Shown here: positions 49,597 through 61,961 of the stretch, one piece after another
How the letters are laid out: each line of letters begins with the position of its first letter
Position numbering within the stretch: the first letter of the stretch is position 1
NCBI GenBank assembly: GCA_964036045.1
Contig: OZ038378.1
Coordinates: 134,602,001 to 134,666,000 of the forward strand
Length of the DNA: 64,000 nt
Direction of reading: 5' to 3'
Origin: Eutreptiella sp. 'Long Island Sound 2002'
Taxonomy: Eukaryota; Protista; Euglenida
The notes under the pieces: model-generated
Database searches by the model: none
Told to the model about the DNA's origin: nothing
The model's input: the letters and a program-made list of their open reading frames with translations, nothing else
Position numbers and translations under genes: made by a program

Positions 49597-52500
49597 TACA
49601 TACCTTGGCTACGGAATCGGTTTCCAATTTCAAAAGCTCCGTCATTGCAAAACACGGCATTAGAAAAAAGTTCCCTTCGGGGGTAGGTGCCTACATATTG
49701 ACCCAGGCGTGACGGAGCGTCTGTGGTTTGCTGCACAATGGACAGCCCCTACCCACCACGTCTCGTGCGACTTGGTGTTAGCGGCTACGGAGAGGCATTG
49801 GCTGCACTTGTCAGGCGTCATGCATCGTCGTTGAAGGGGTTGCAAAGAAGGTTGCAATTGAGTCACATTACACAATGACAGCACAATTAGAGAAGTATAC
49901 GTTTCACCAAGGTGCGCAAATGATGCATATACTAACCCAATAGCATGCTAAGTAAATTGACCACCAAAAGAAAAGAGGGGCAGGTTCGATCTTTTCGTTG
50001 GGGGGGCGAAAGCCCTCATCAGTGGGGGGGGGCGCAAGGACTAGAGAAGGGCCAGCGGGGGGGGGGGGCACCGACCATGGTGTGTGTGGGGGGGGGGGGG
50101 CATCTTCCATGGGGGGTGTCCAAGGTGGGTTGTACAAGAGGGGGGAATGATGTTTGCATCATGAGGGGGGGTGGGGGAGGTGGGTTTATGGTTGGGTAAT
50201 GGCGGTGAATAAAACTCTGATGGCTGATGTGTGATGGCCAACTTGGTTGCTATACTCAGGGCCGGTGAGTGGCTTGGTGTGGTGTAGCTGCTGAGCGTAG
50301 TTGACCATGAATGTAGCCAACATGTCTGGCCGAAACGGCAATGTGATTCATCGACCAAGCTGCACCGGCCCAAAGAAACTGGTTAGGAGGAGGATTTTCG
50401 CCGTTTCGTGATGGTTGGGCGCCAATACAACCAGCGGATGCGCAAACTACAATGGACGCACTGGAAGCGGCCTCATGCATGCTTCACAGCCCTGCGTTGG
50501 GCTTGGCTTAGGGTGGTACATGGGCGGGTGGCACTGTACCCGGAGAGGGTCTAGGCTAACCACCGCAAAAGGCCTTGCGCAGTGCTAACATCAGGTTGCA
50601 CAGGTCTCGTTATGGTACACCTGAGGCGGGGCATGACACCGTGAGGAACGCACATACTCCGTCTCCGCGTGCACCGCCTTCCGTAACCCGTTCATCCAAA
50701 TGGAGGGCTCCCGGCAGCCCAACCGCTGGCCCTCAATCCATGTCCCTAGGACGTGCATCTTGGCCACACAGGATCCTACCGTTACCACCTGTTCCGCCGT
50801 TTGGTGACCCTCTGCTCTATCCTCTTGAACGGAGCGATAACCCGCAAGTGAACGCAGCTCAAGCTATGGTGTGAAGGAGCACATGGAGTGTATGTCACAC
50901 CGTGCCCCTATGGGGCGGTGATCCTTGGGGGACAACTGCCACCCTTACCCTAACCCTGCGTCGCACAAGATTGTGTCCTGGTGCACATCCTCCGTGCCGC
51001 CCTTGTCGGTCACCATTTGCCCGACCACGCAGCTGTGGTGGTACCATTATTCCGGGTTGTACCCCTTGACTTGGTACGCCAACCCGTGGGACACGTGGTC
51101 TAGGGAGTGGTAAGCGTGGCGGACATCCGCCCGGATGGGCCAAGTCTCTCCCTCAGGCAGCCAGCCATGCTAAAACACATCGTGGAAAACACCGAGGAAG
51201 TCCGACAGCGAAGTACCAACACAGCAAGCGAATTGTGCTACAAACCACACCACACCACATTACACCACCGCACAGCATAGCACACCTCACCGCATCCAAA
51301 CTTGAATAACATAGCTGTACACGGGAATGCGACATGGAAACCACGTGCATTGCACGCAGCATACCTGCAAACGAATTGGAAAATGCGAAAGGTAATACGG
51401 GAGAAGAACAGGGGGAAGACGATGGAAAGTGGATTATGGGGGCAAGGTTGGATAACCCACAATATTACCCTCCTCATTGTGACTCCCTTAGCCTGACTCG
51501 TGCCTTTGGCAACAGTTTAGAATGCGCCGTGACAAACAAAACAAACTCCGGATTTCCATTTGTAGCTTCAGCTCTAGTATCGCTCTAATCTAGCCCACAA
51601 TTTTCCAGGCCACCATGTCGCCGCAGGTTAGGCACCTCCACTGTGGGAACCCCTGTGCAATGTGTAGGTGTGGCCGAACCGGTGGTACCAACTACGACCT
51701 TTGCACTTAGCTCACTAAGAGATTTTTTGTGCCGCTGTGAAACTTGATTTAACGATAACTTGGCCCGTATAATAGCCATGAAGATCTAAGGCGAGACCAG
51801 CGGGGGGCGTCACTATGATATTTGACTGTGTCTAGAGCTCACTGATGCGCACCATTAGCAGAAGAGGTGGATATTTGGGTATAGGGTAGTTCTTAGCAAA
51901 TGCAGCATACTGCAATCGAAATCTGTTTTATCACCCTGCTTTTTAAGAATTCACTGGGATTCGGTTAAGATTCCCCTTGACATGTTGAACATCCCAAAAC
52001 AGTCGACGACACACTATCAAGCTGTTGGGGGGACTGTCACCCATTACTTGAAAATTCCATTTTGGAACACCCCCCGCATTGCCAACTCTGCAACAGGCGT
52101 GATGTGGTGGCGTCGTATGCGCCCTTGGCCCCACACATGACGGAGTGCTTGCTCCCTAGTGCACTTGCCGTAATGTACAATGCAACACCATAAACAATAT
52201 TATCGTGGGATGGGCACAGGCGCAAGTGGTGGTGGTAGTGGGCTCTCCAACCTTACTTTGCATGGGGTCTGCACACACCTGCTTTTCTAGTCCTACTCCT
52301 CTAAAAGCACTACTACTAGTGCTATACTACTCCATGGGACACAAAAAAAAGTCACCCTAAAGGCGAAGTTTTCTTTCAAGTCGACATGTGCCCCCCCCCC
52401 CCCTCGCTGCCATGCCGCATACCCAAGGTTCCACCTATGGGGGACTTTGTCAACCCTAAACCCCCCGTTCCGATGCAACATGTTGGCCCACAAACCTACC

Positions 52501-52972
52501 TGCACCCCCTGCCGTTTGCGCCGCCACGTGAATAGAATTTCAATGAAAATCTGTGGAGGCCACCCCGGATGTCATGGCTAGGCAAGGCCCATCCGGGAAG
52601 CAGACTCACCGTGCCCAACCCCGAGACAAAAGTTTTCGCCTCTCGCAGGTCGGCGGAACGGATAAGTGCAACGGTCCCCGCTCCCAATTTTTTTCCAAGA
52701 GTTGCGTGTCATCCACGAATTCGGGGACCGACCCGGACAACCAGGTTTTTGGTCTGGGGTCCAAAGCCCGCCAACACATCATACTAGACATGAGGGGCTC
52801 CTTTGAGACGCAAAATAGCGGGGTATTTCTTCCGGGCTCCCGTTAAGGCGCCGGGTACTTTCTTGCGGGCAACAATTTTTCGATGCAAAATTTTACACAA
52901 ACAAAAAAACCAAAAAACTTGTGTGGCAATGGACCCTCCTCACGAAATATGTACAGTGCTCCGCAACTCCCC

Positions 52973-53096
52973 AAAAAGAAAGTGCCCCGGCTACCAGGGC
53001 CACGCGTGGCCTATCACATGTCCCCGATCGTGGGAAGGACTCACGGAGCGCCGGGTTCCCCCACCCTCCTCACCCCCCGATTAGCCCGGTTAGCAG
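52973..53096. repeat. ~125-bp conserved module (copy 2 of 4)
   Basis: Aligns with 1374-1500 and lies 3' of the minus-strand group 3 relic. Confidence 0.82.
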
Positions 53097-53299
53097 GTTA
53101 GCCCTCCATCGCGAACGTGGCTGGTCCGCAGTCACAGTCACGGTCACAGTCACTTTTGCCTAGGGTCAGTGGAACGGCCATGCTTAGTTCACGATTTCGT
53201 CTATATTTGCAGTGCCACCACTGTATCCATGGGAAAGAGATCACCCTCACTCAATAACTGGGGTCACTGCTGCTAACAGTACTGCTGCTGAACGCCTGC

Positions 53300-55530
53300 C
53301 CAGAGTCCGATGCCTCAACAATCCCCGGGTGCCTAAGCTTGGCAGCCCGCGCAGGCTGGAGACGGGAAAGCACATCAGCCACCTCTGCTTGGAAGAAAGC
53401 ATCGGAGTCTATAGGGTTGGGTCGGCAACTACGTCAAACGAAGGTGGCACAAAAAGAGGCCCCCGCGGCTGGTCGACCTCCTTCCCAGCCTTCGTACCCT
53501 TCCGCCCCTTGGGCGATATGTAAACACGCAAACTGTGCAGGCCAAGGGTGGGCCACAATATCATAACTGACGAGTCAAACCGCTTCCATTCGCGTGGTAC
53601 ACTATGCGTGGATCCACATTTCTCATAAATGCAGTACACATCGTTGGCATTTTGTGGAGCGCCACTGTACCCTAGACTTACTCACTGTGTCGCAGAATGC
53701 ATGAGCCAACTGCAATCAGGCACTTGCACCAAGGTGTCCACCAACCTAAGAAAAATTTTGTGTCGCATGGCATTACCTCCAACTACGCATTGCTCAAATA
53801 CTACAGGCCGCCATACAAGCCACCAAAACGCAACACCCCGCCCCTTCGTGTTGGCTTCACAAAACTTCATGTACAGCTCATGGCTCCGACCGTCGTCAGT
53901 GGATGTTGTTGGCTCTCTTGCTGGTCACGGAGGCAACCCTTTTGGCCATGTGGAGATCCACCTCCCCAGCCTCATCGCCGAACAGGATGGGGAAGCGTCT
54001 CTCAACCACACGTGACAGAAACCATGGAAGTAGAGGGTGTTCGTGCAGCCTCGCTCACTGAACTCGGCGATGAGGTGCACCAAAAATGTGTGTGTCACAC
54101 CTAAGGCAGGCCACAAAGAGTGGCTCATGAGCAGATCAACGGCATACAACAGCAGAATTATGTGACACAAAGAGAGAAGGGAGGCGTGGAATGGCACGGT
54201 AGCAACATTCAGCTACTACCAACGCTGGCAATGGTGGGTGCCTCGTGGCCACTCAAACTAATGCCGCTGCGGAAGACCTCCGACACGGACCTCGTGAGTG
54301 CAACTGCCCATTGCCCCAAGGCGGTGTGGTAGTGCATTGCAGGAGTTCCACTGCCGAATGCCCACAAGCAGTGTGGCAGTGCAATGTAGGATTTCCACTG
54401 CGCACTGCCCCCAAGTAGAGAGGCAATGCATTGCACGAGTTGCACTGCCCACTACCCCCCAGGCAGTGAGGCATTGCACCACCAGGAACTACCCAACATG
54501 CACACACCAGGAATCATCTAGCAAGGTGCAGAGACAACCCCATATACCCAGCACTGTGCAGACAACACCAAGATTTACCAAGCACCATGCAGACACCACC
54601 AAGAATTACCTAGTACCGGGTTATCACGTGGGAGCTACGGCGGGGCATATTGCCGTGCAACGCCACTCATACCGATCAAGAAACAACTGGCGGCCGACAA
54701 CACTTGCCAAATGGCTTAACACTCCTGTGCAATTGTGTAAAATGGGTTGGTGCACGGTAACATTACTATCCCTGCTAACAGTGAAAAACCAACACTTTTG
54801 TCCGCACTGCCGCAAAGTGCGGGGCGGGTGCAAGAACAACCCTGCAACCCCCTCCTATTGCGCCCACCAACAACTCATGCACCCTTTACAACCAAACTCC
54901 CACCAGACGTGGTGGTGGTCATCGTTTATGAAATGAAACTTGAGGTTAAAGGTGGGCGTGGTGGTAAGCCCCTTAGAAGTGGTGGGCATGTCAAATTTTG
55001 CCCACTGGCACATTCAACCCTTCCCGGCGCTGAGGGTGCCAAGTTTCAAAATCCCTTTTGGGAAGGTCCAGACACGTCATCATTGGTGGGCTGCTTGGTA
55101 CATACCCACATTTTGATGGGTACGGGAACACCCCCTATGTTTGGTCGATCAACACAAACTTCATGTTTACATTTGGGTGACAACGTGGCACGTAGCCGTC
55201 ACCATACACAACCACTGGCTCCGAAGGGGGGGGGGGGGTGGGGTGTCTGTGCACAACTACAAGCCCCTTGCGGTTATCTAGAAGCAGCCCAAAGAGTTGT
55301 GCCAGCAATTCGACGTATGGCAAGTCGACATTAATCTTCAGAAACATGTCGGCTGGTGTCCGCAGCTCCGTCCATGACCAGTGAGGGTTACAGGTGGCCC
55401 GCGGCATCTTCCGAAAGAGGGCCTGTGACCCTATTCCCTCATGGCGCAGAACGAAGGCTGCTCGGGGAGCCTTGGAGGCGGGCGCCGTGGAGGAACACCT
55501 CGTCGACGCCACTACCGGGGCCAAGCACTG
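53300..55530 (-). pseudogene. Near full-length, heavily decayed group 3 transposase
   Basis: In order: PVVVYGDGY (~55190), FINDDH and CMSCW (~54870-54930), HQPILHNC (~54735), TLYFHGFCH...FGDEAGEVDLHMAK (~53945-54020), and a C-terminal block matching 16487-17248. Confidence 0.62.
54300..54482. repeat. 47-bp minisatellite, ~4 units, inside the group 3 relic
   Basis: CACTGC-type unit starts near 54301, 54348, 54395 and 54442. Confidence 0.75.
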
Positions 55531-55796
55531 GCCAACAATGTCTGCCTTCTACGTCGTCTGAACGGGTCCATCGAGGTCTTTGGTGGAAAGGGCCCGCTGT
55601 GAGGGGAAGTGGGTGATGAACACAATCACCCAGCTCTCCGTGGCGGGTATGGGGGTTAAAATGTGGAAGTCATGCGTACAACTCAACAGCAGCAACAGCG
55701 GACGTGGAAGGCCGTGCCATCCACCACAGACTGCTGGGACCAGACAATAGATGTCATGCCGTCGAGGAGGTCCAAAAAAATGGACTAGTGTAGCTG

Positions 55797-56195
55797 TTCA
55801 TGTGTGCCACCATCCATAGCAAGGCTTTGTCCAATGGATTTATGTGTGCCATCATCCGCAGTAGGCTCTTTATCCTATCCATTCATATGTGCCATCATCC
55901 GCAGAGTAATATGTGCAGTGCTATGCCACACGCCAAAAGGAAGGTGCCCCGGCTACCGGGACCATGCATGGCCAATCACATGTCCCCGATCGTGGGACAC
56001 AATAACGGAGCGCGGGGTCCCCCCCCCCCTGGGCTTAGCCCAATCGACATTCATGTGTGCGACCATCCGCAGTCACTTGTTATCATGTCTCTTCACGATC
56101 CGCGTGGCCAATCACACGCCCTCAGCGCGGTCCCCCTCCCCCGTATCCCCCCCGGAACCACTTCTTTTCATGTGTGGCACCATCCGCAGTAGGGT
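55797..56195 (-). repeat. Dispersed copies (~5) of the 42-bp minisatellite in reverse orientation; includes the ~125-bp module copy 3 (55936-56042)
   Basis: TTCATGTGTGCCACCATCCGCAGTAGG-type units are the reverse complement of units at 61312-61915. Confidence 0.8.
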
Positions 56196-56971
56196 TTTTA
56201 ATGCGGCCGCCGCCGGAATCGATGAAGTTGAAGGGCATGGAGGAGAAGATTCCGCTGACAACACGCATGGCATGCACGGGAGTACCGGGGGACCTTCTCC
56301 TACACTGCTTTGCGCTCGTCGTTACGGAAGACGAGGAAAACAAACGGGGGAACCCGACGCAAAAGAGAACGGGCCCCAAATGCAATGACAACGTGGAGAA
56401 GAAGAAGGATATGGCCAAAAAGAAAGGAAAGCAAAGAAGCCGGAGAAACTGAAGGAGGAGAAGAAAAAAAAGGGCAAGCAACAGAAGAAGCAACACAAGG
56501 GTCTTCGTCCAAAGGCCTACCGCATGAGGGTGCAATTCGTGGATGCCGAAGGCACACAAGCCTCCAAGCACCTCAACAACAATCTTGTAAAGCCGGGTGC
56601 CGAGGTTTAGCTTTTGAGAGGGAAGCATGTGGTGAACGGCAGGGAGCGATGCGTTTAGATGGCCTTGAAGGCGGCGTCCTGGATCGCCCGTGTCGGCCCG
56701 GCAGGGTGAGAGGATATGCCGTCCGTCAGGCATTGTTTGTGCGCCGCTCTTGAGGCTGGGGATTTGGGTGAAGGCATCCGACAATGAATGTAAGATAGTA
56801 TGCCACTGATGCGTTCACGCCGAAGCCCCAACAGGGGGCACCAAACCTGATGGTGGCAAGCCTTTGACTCATTCGCCCATGGTTTTGCTGCTCATAAAAA
56901 AAAGAGATCGGCCGGCACATACTTTCTATTGACCAAGCTTGAGCTGCCTGCTGCCGCTGCTCTACCATGCA

Positions 56972-59900
56972 GCCTTGGTGAAAGAAGCGGTGGGTTGAAT
57001 GGGGCATTGGCGGAGGCGCGAATTTTGGCAACTTTTTGTTGTGTTTTGCGCATAGCTTGGTGCCATTGTGTGCGTTTCTGGCGCTATCTTCGCAAAAACG
57101 GTGCCACAATAAATGTGTCCAAATTTCAGGTTTTAGCTAGCCGCCTGTTCCCACATATTCGGTGTTGTTCGGTGGAACGCGGTGCGAATTCACCTACATT
57201 CACACAAGATTTGCTCCGAATTCAAGGTTGTGAAATTGGTACGAATTTCGTACGAAATTCGTATGAATGTGTCCCATGCTGCACTCTTTCGCTTTCCTAT
57301 AGAGCTCTCATCGTCTTTCGTTCTTTCATAATGTCACAAAGGCTTTCGCAATTGGCATCCCTACAGCCCAGACCTGATCTTGCCGTCGACGACTTGGCAC
57401 GGAAGGAAGCCATCCCCGTCGCTCATCACCAGATGGAGGAGGCGACGTACGGCTCCGGGGCACTCGCACTCGAAGAAGCTGTGGTCTGGGTAGCATCCGT
57501 GGACCCCGCCCATGATATGATTCACATTGATTTGCGCAGCCCCTTTGCGCAAGAACCAGGAGTTGGGCCCGTGACACGTCCGGGCAATCTCCGTAGAGCT
57601 CGAGCCCAGGAGGACAAGTGAGCCGCTGAGGTGGAGTGTGACCACGTGCGCCGCGACAAGGAGCGACTGACTGCCAAGGTGAATACCTTGGAGTGCGAGG
57701 CGCGGAGGGGGGATGGGGGCAGGGCTCTCGGGCCAACACCAGAGGGGGAGGCCCAGAGCCCAAGGGCCGAGAGGGTGGTGGGGCGATGGGAGGGGGGGGG
57801 GGGGCTGCACACCCGGTTCCTCTTGGCCGGGGCGCAGGCGTGGCATGCGCAGATTGAGGCGGCGCACAGAAAGATGTCCGCTGTTGCCACGGGCCTGCGC
57901 GTGGCAATCCTGCAGGCCAAGATGAAGGTGGGGGTTGGGACGGTCCCTCCCAATCTAGGCAGGGTCGAACAAGCCCATGTCCAGCTCGTGGAGTGTCAGC
58001 CCCCCCCCCCCCCCCCCGCCACCCGCCTCACGGCATCGGCGTTGGACGCCGACTTCGGGGGAGGGAGGAGTAGCGCTCCCAGGGTTCCGCCGGGTGGAGT
58101 TCTGTAGGAAGGGGGGGGGGGTAGTCTTGCCCTTGACCTCGTAACCTCGTGTCCCAAATAACCTGCACGAATGTTATGTACACACAAGTACCGCCCAAAC
58201 CCCCCTCCCTTGGCGACGCCCGCATGGGTGGATTGAAGCACATATGAAGTATGAAGTACCCTCACCCCCACTTCGCAAACTTTGCGACACATGCATGCTA
58301 CATCAACTTAGTTCATAAATTTCTCTTCCTACTTTCGCATATACCGCCTTGTTCTCGTGTTGCCGCTGTGTTGTGGTGCCAAGAAATTTGATTTAGACCC
58401 GGTTTACAAGCAAGTTGGATTTTCTGGAGGGTGAAATCAATTAACATTTCATAGTAGAAACAAGCCGTACAATCGTTCATGCCAAAAAGAGACAAAGTCG
58501 CGTGAAATTCGTACCAATTTCGTGGCAACTGACTGTGAAGTGTCCATTCACACCATGGGGAAAATCTGGTGAATTCGTACGAAATTTGTAGGAATTTCGT
58601 ACGAATGTCACCGAATTTAGTCACCTTGTGCATCGGGACCGTAGGGTATCGCGTACCACCCTCACCATTTCCACAGAGTTTCCTCCACACATCATGGGGC
58701 GCGGTGACGGGGCATGACCCCAGGAGGCGTTCCATTGAGTAACCGATCGCTCGCGACGGAGGCGCTGACAAGACCTCCAACAAGTTGTTAGCAAGTAGCT
58801 CGCAGCACCCTAAACCTCGAAGTACCTGCCCCATACCGGGCAAATAGTCCTCACCCCCAACACAAGAGTTACACGTAGTGTGCAGCCTGGGCCTACCATG
58901 GAGGAGAGGTTGATTATGGCCGTTTGACGGATGTGGTCGTTGCACCTCTCTAGGAGAGAGGCGCGGTACCTCGTGGGGAGCATGACGTAGGGTGTGCTAT
59001 GGGACCAGGCGTACAGCACGCTTCGGAAGGTAATTTCACCGGAGTCCCGGGTGTTTACCACTTATACCGGAGACAACACGGCCATCCATGGTACCGTGTG
59101 CTACCTCCCTGACCGCATCGGGCACTTGTACAAGTGTCGACCACCCCCACCTTCAGACATCATGCAGCCTGGGGAGCGACAGCTACATCGCTTGCCTATT
59201 GCAGTGGATGGTACATCGAGGCACGAGGCCTCGTATGTTCATTGCACGCTGAGTGAAACCGCTAGCCCCAACCAACTATCCAGTTGTCGGCTACTAGGGG
59301 GCAGTAAAAAATGGGAGACCCTCTGCGCGGGCTTCCAAGAACTAGATTTTGATGATGAGTTGCGCAAGGCCGCAACCGTAAGTGTTAAGGATACGGGAGG
59401 GAACGGTGGGCAGTCCCTTTTTTTTTTGCTGTGTGCAGATGGGAAAGCGCACGTGCTCATGGCGGGCTGCCAAAACTAGAGCGCAGAATCCCGTGGAGCC
59501 ACAGTGTGCTGGGTCTGCATGCGGAACCGTTCTCTTTGCCTTGCTGCCTTTGGCACATCAACTGCATAGACGTGGACTGGATAGGGGTGGTTGCCATGGG
59601 TTCTATATACACGACCATTACAGGGGAATAGGCGAGTGTATGATTATGGCCTCCACGGGGTCCTCCGTGTCCTGTTGTGCAGCATAAATGGGACACGGGA
59701 CCTAGTTGTGAAATTGACAGGCGAGGCAACGGCGACTGTGGCACGCACCATGCTTCAGCCAATTTTAGATGAGGCACGGGTGCAAAAACTTGCACCTGTG
59801 ACTCATCAAATAATGAGAAGGCAAACAGCAAAGGGAAGGTAAGTCGCTGCTGCCATCCATTTGATGCGGAACAGGGGATGGGAAAAGGTAATTGATGCCT

Positions 59901-60870
59901 GCCTACAACACCCCAATGCGAAGCAACATCAAGTAGCAGGAGGAAGTTGGGAGTCGGTGTGCAACACCTCCTGGGAGAATGTTGCAAGCATGTTTGTGTT
60001 CGCTTGGCGTTCCGCATGGTTCTCGGGAGCTGACTTGGGATGGCTCCGGAGACATAGCATAGCCATGGGCACTGCCCACAATGAGCTACAGTGGGGCAAA
60101 CTTCTCTGGACGCATCTTGGGATAGACCACATGTATCTTTTTTGCAAAAAAGTGGAGAATTTTGTCAAAATTCTCCTACTTTGCCATCGAGGGGAGTCAC
60201 CGGAGGCTACAGCGCATGTTGCGCAACAGCGGGGGCCTAAGACTCCTCCGGGGAGGACTAGGGGTGCAAGTGGTTGCGGACAACCACACCATTGATGATA
60301 GCCTGGCGGCGCTTGCGTGCGCTGCGACCAAAAAGGCACAACATGGAAAGGCCCGATCGGTGTACAAGGGTACGCAAGCGGTACAAGAAGACGGCTTCTA
60401 ACCGGCGTGCAGCACCTTCAGCCCCTGAAGCGGCGGTTCCGATGTCGCAAGAGACGGATGTGAGGACACAACACAACCCCGAACGGTTGTTGCCCGTGGC
60501 CAGCGTGCATGCAGGGGTGCATGGGGGGGTGTACTCGGGGTGTTAGGGCAAATAAGGGGGTGGACAAGGGTGAGATGTGGATGAATTTGTATGAATTAGC
60601 ACCGAATTCATACGAAATTCGGGCGAATTCGTACAAATTCATGCCTATGGATCGGCTACAGGCTTGCCGGGTTTTGCCACTTTTCGTTTTGGGCGCCGTT
60701 TGGGCATGGTGGATGCGTTTGGGGCGAAACTTTCATTCCGAGATGGGTAATGAAGCTAGGGCATGAATTTTACCCCTTCAACTCCCTCAAAAGCAACCAA
60801 AAATGTGGTGCTTTCCTCAAAAAACCTCAAAATTCGGGTAAATTCGCGCTTATCCCATGTTCGTGAAGGG
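56972..60870 (+). mobile_element. 3.9-kb group 2 TIR transposon
   Basis: Left end GCCTTGGTGAA (degenerate CCCTTCGTGAA), right end GTTCGTGAAGGG, with CA on both flanks (56970-56971 and 60871-60872). Both subterminal regions are homologous to 47223-49596 in inverted orientation. Carries a 5' ORF (PVAHHQMEEATY) and the transposase. Confidence 0.78.
58994..60401 (+). pseudogene. RAG1/Transib-like DDE transposase with the complete catalytic and Zn-ligand motif set, disrupted
   Basis: RLPIAVDGT (D1), FLLCADGK (D2), CWVC, YDYGLHGV, WTHLGIDHM and FSYFAIEGSHRRL (E). TAG at 59477-59479 aligns with Trp in the 37.8-kb homologue. Several frameshifts. Confidence 0.85.
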
Positions 60871-61311
60871 CACACACATCCAAAGTAAACGGTGGCGGCG
60901 GGGGGGGGGGGGGAGGTGCAAGGGAAGAACTCCTTTTGGCCCTGGTATCAGGCCGGCCACTACGATGGAGAAATATTGGTCAGGACTGTGGGACTGAGGG
61001 GTGCGCGTGATTATCGCTGGAAGCGGCAAAAGGCCCACGGGATGGATGGGCAAACGGAGAGGCAGCGCAGACACTACGTATGGGGAAAATTTTTTGTGAC
61101 TCAGAACCTTGCAGCGGATGTTGTGCGCGAGGAAAGCTGCACTCATGTGATGAGTACATGCATATTCGACACAGTGGGGCCTAAATTGCATGGTTTCAAA
61201 ACACTTTCAAAACACGTGACCGCGTGCATCGGAGACCTGGCACCATGGAATAGCACCCAGGTTACTCTTTCGACACGGCACCGTCCTGCACTGCTACAAT
61301 AGGGATGTGAT

Positions 61312-61915
61312 GGGCCTACTGCAGAAGGTGGCACACGTGAAGAGACAGTCGGGAGGCCTACTACGAATGGTGGCACACATGAATAGATAGGGAAGAAGCC
61401 TACTACGGACGGTGGCACACATGTACAGATAGCAAAAAAGGCTACTTTGGATGGTGGCACACATCAACAGATAGGAAAAAAACCCACTACAAATGGTAGC
61501 ACCCATGAAGACACAACAAAAAGCCTTGCTGCAGATGGTGGCGCACATGAATAGATAGGAGAAAAGCCTACTGCGGATCGTGGCACACATGAATAGATAG
61601 CAAAAAAGCCTACTGTGGATAGTGGCACATGAAGAGACAACAAAAAAGCCTACTGCACATGGTGGCACACATTAACACATAGCAAAAAAGCCTACCGCGG
61701 GTGGTGGCACACATGAACAGATAGGATAAAAAGCCTACTGCAGATGGTGGCACACATGAAAAGATAGGATAAAAAGCCTGCTGCGGATGGTGGCACACAT
61801 GAGCAGAAAGGAAAAAAGCCTACTGCGGATGGAGGCACACATGAAGACATAGGAGAGAAGTCTACTGCGATTGGTGGCCCACGTGAAGAGACGGGGAAAA
61901 AGCCTACTGCAGTTG
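61312..61915 (+). repeat. 42-bp minisatellite, ~14 units
   Basis: Consensus GCCTACTGCGGATGGTGGCACACATGAA.AGATAG.AAAAAA. Confidence 0.92.
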
Positions 61916-61961
61916 TCTCAAACATGAGGAAATGCTGTGTACGCATCGCTTATACAGTGCG

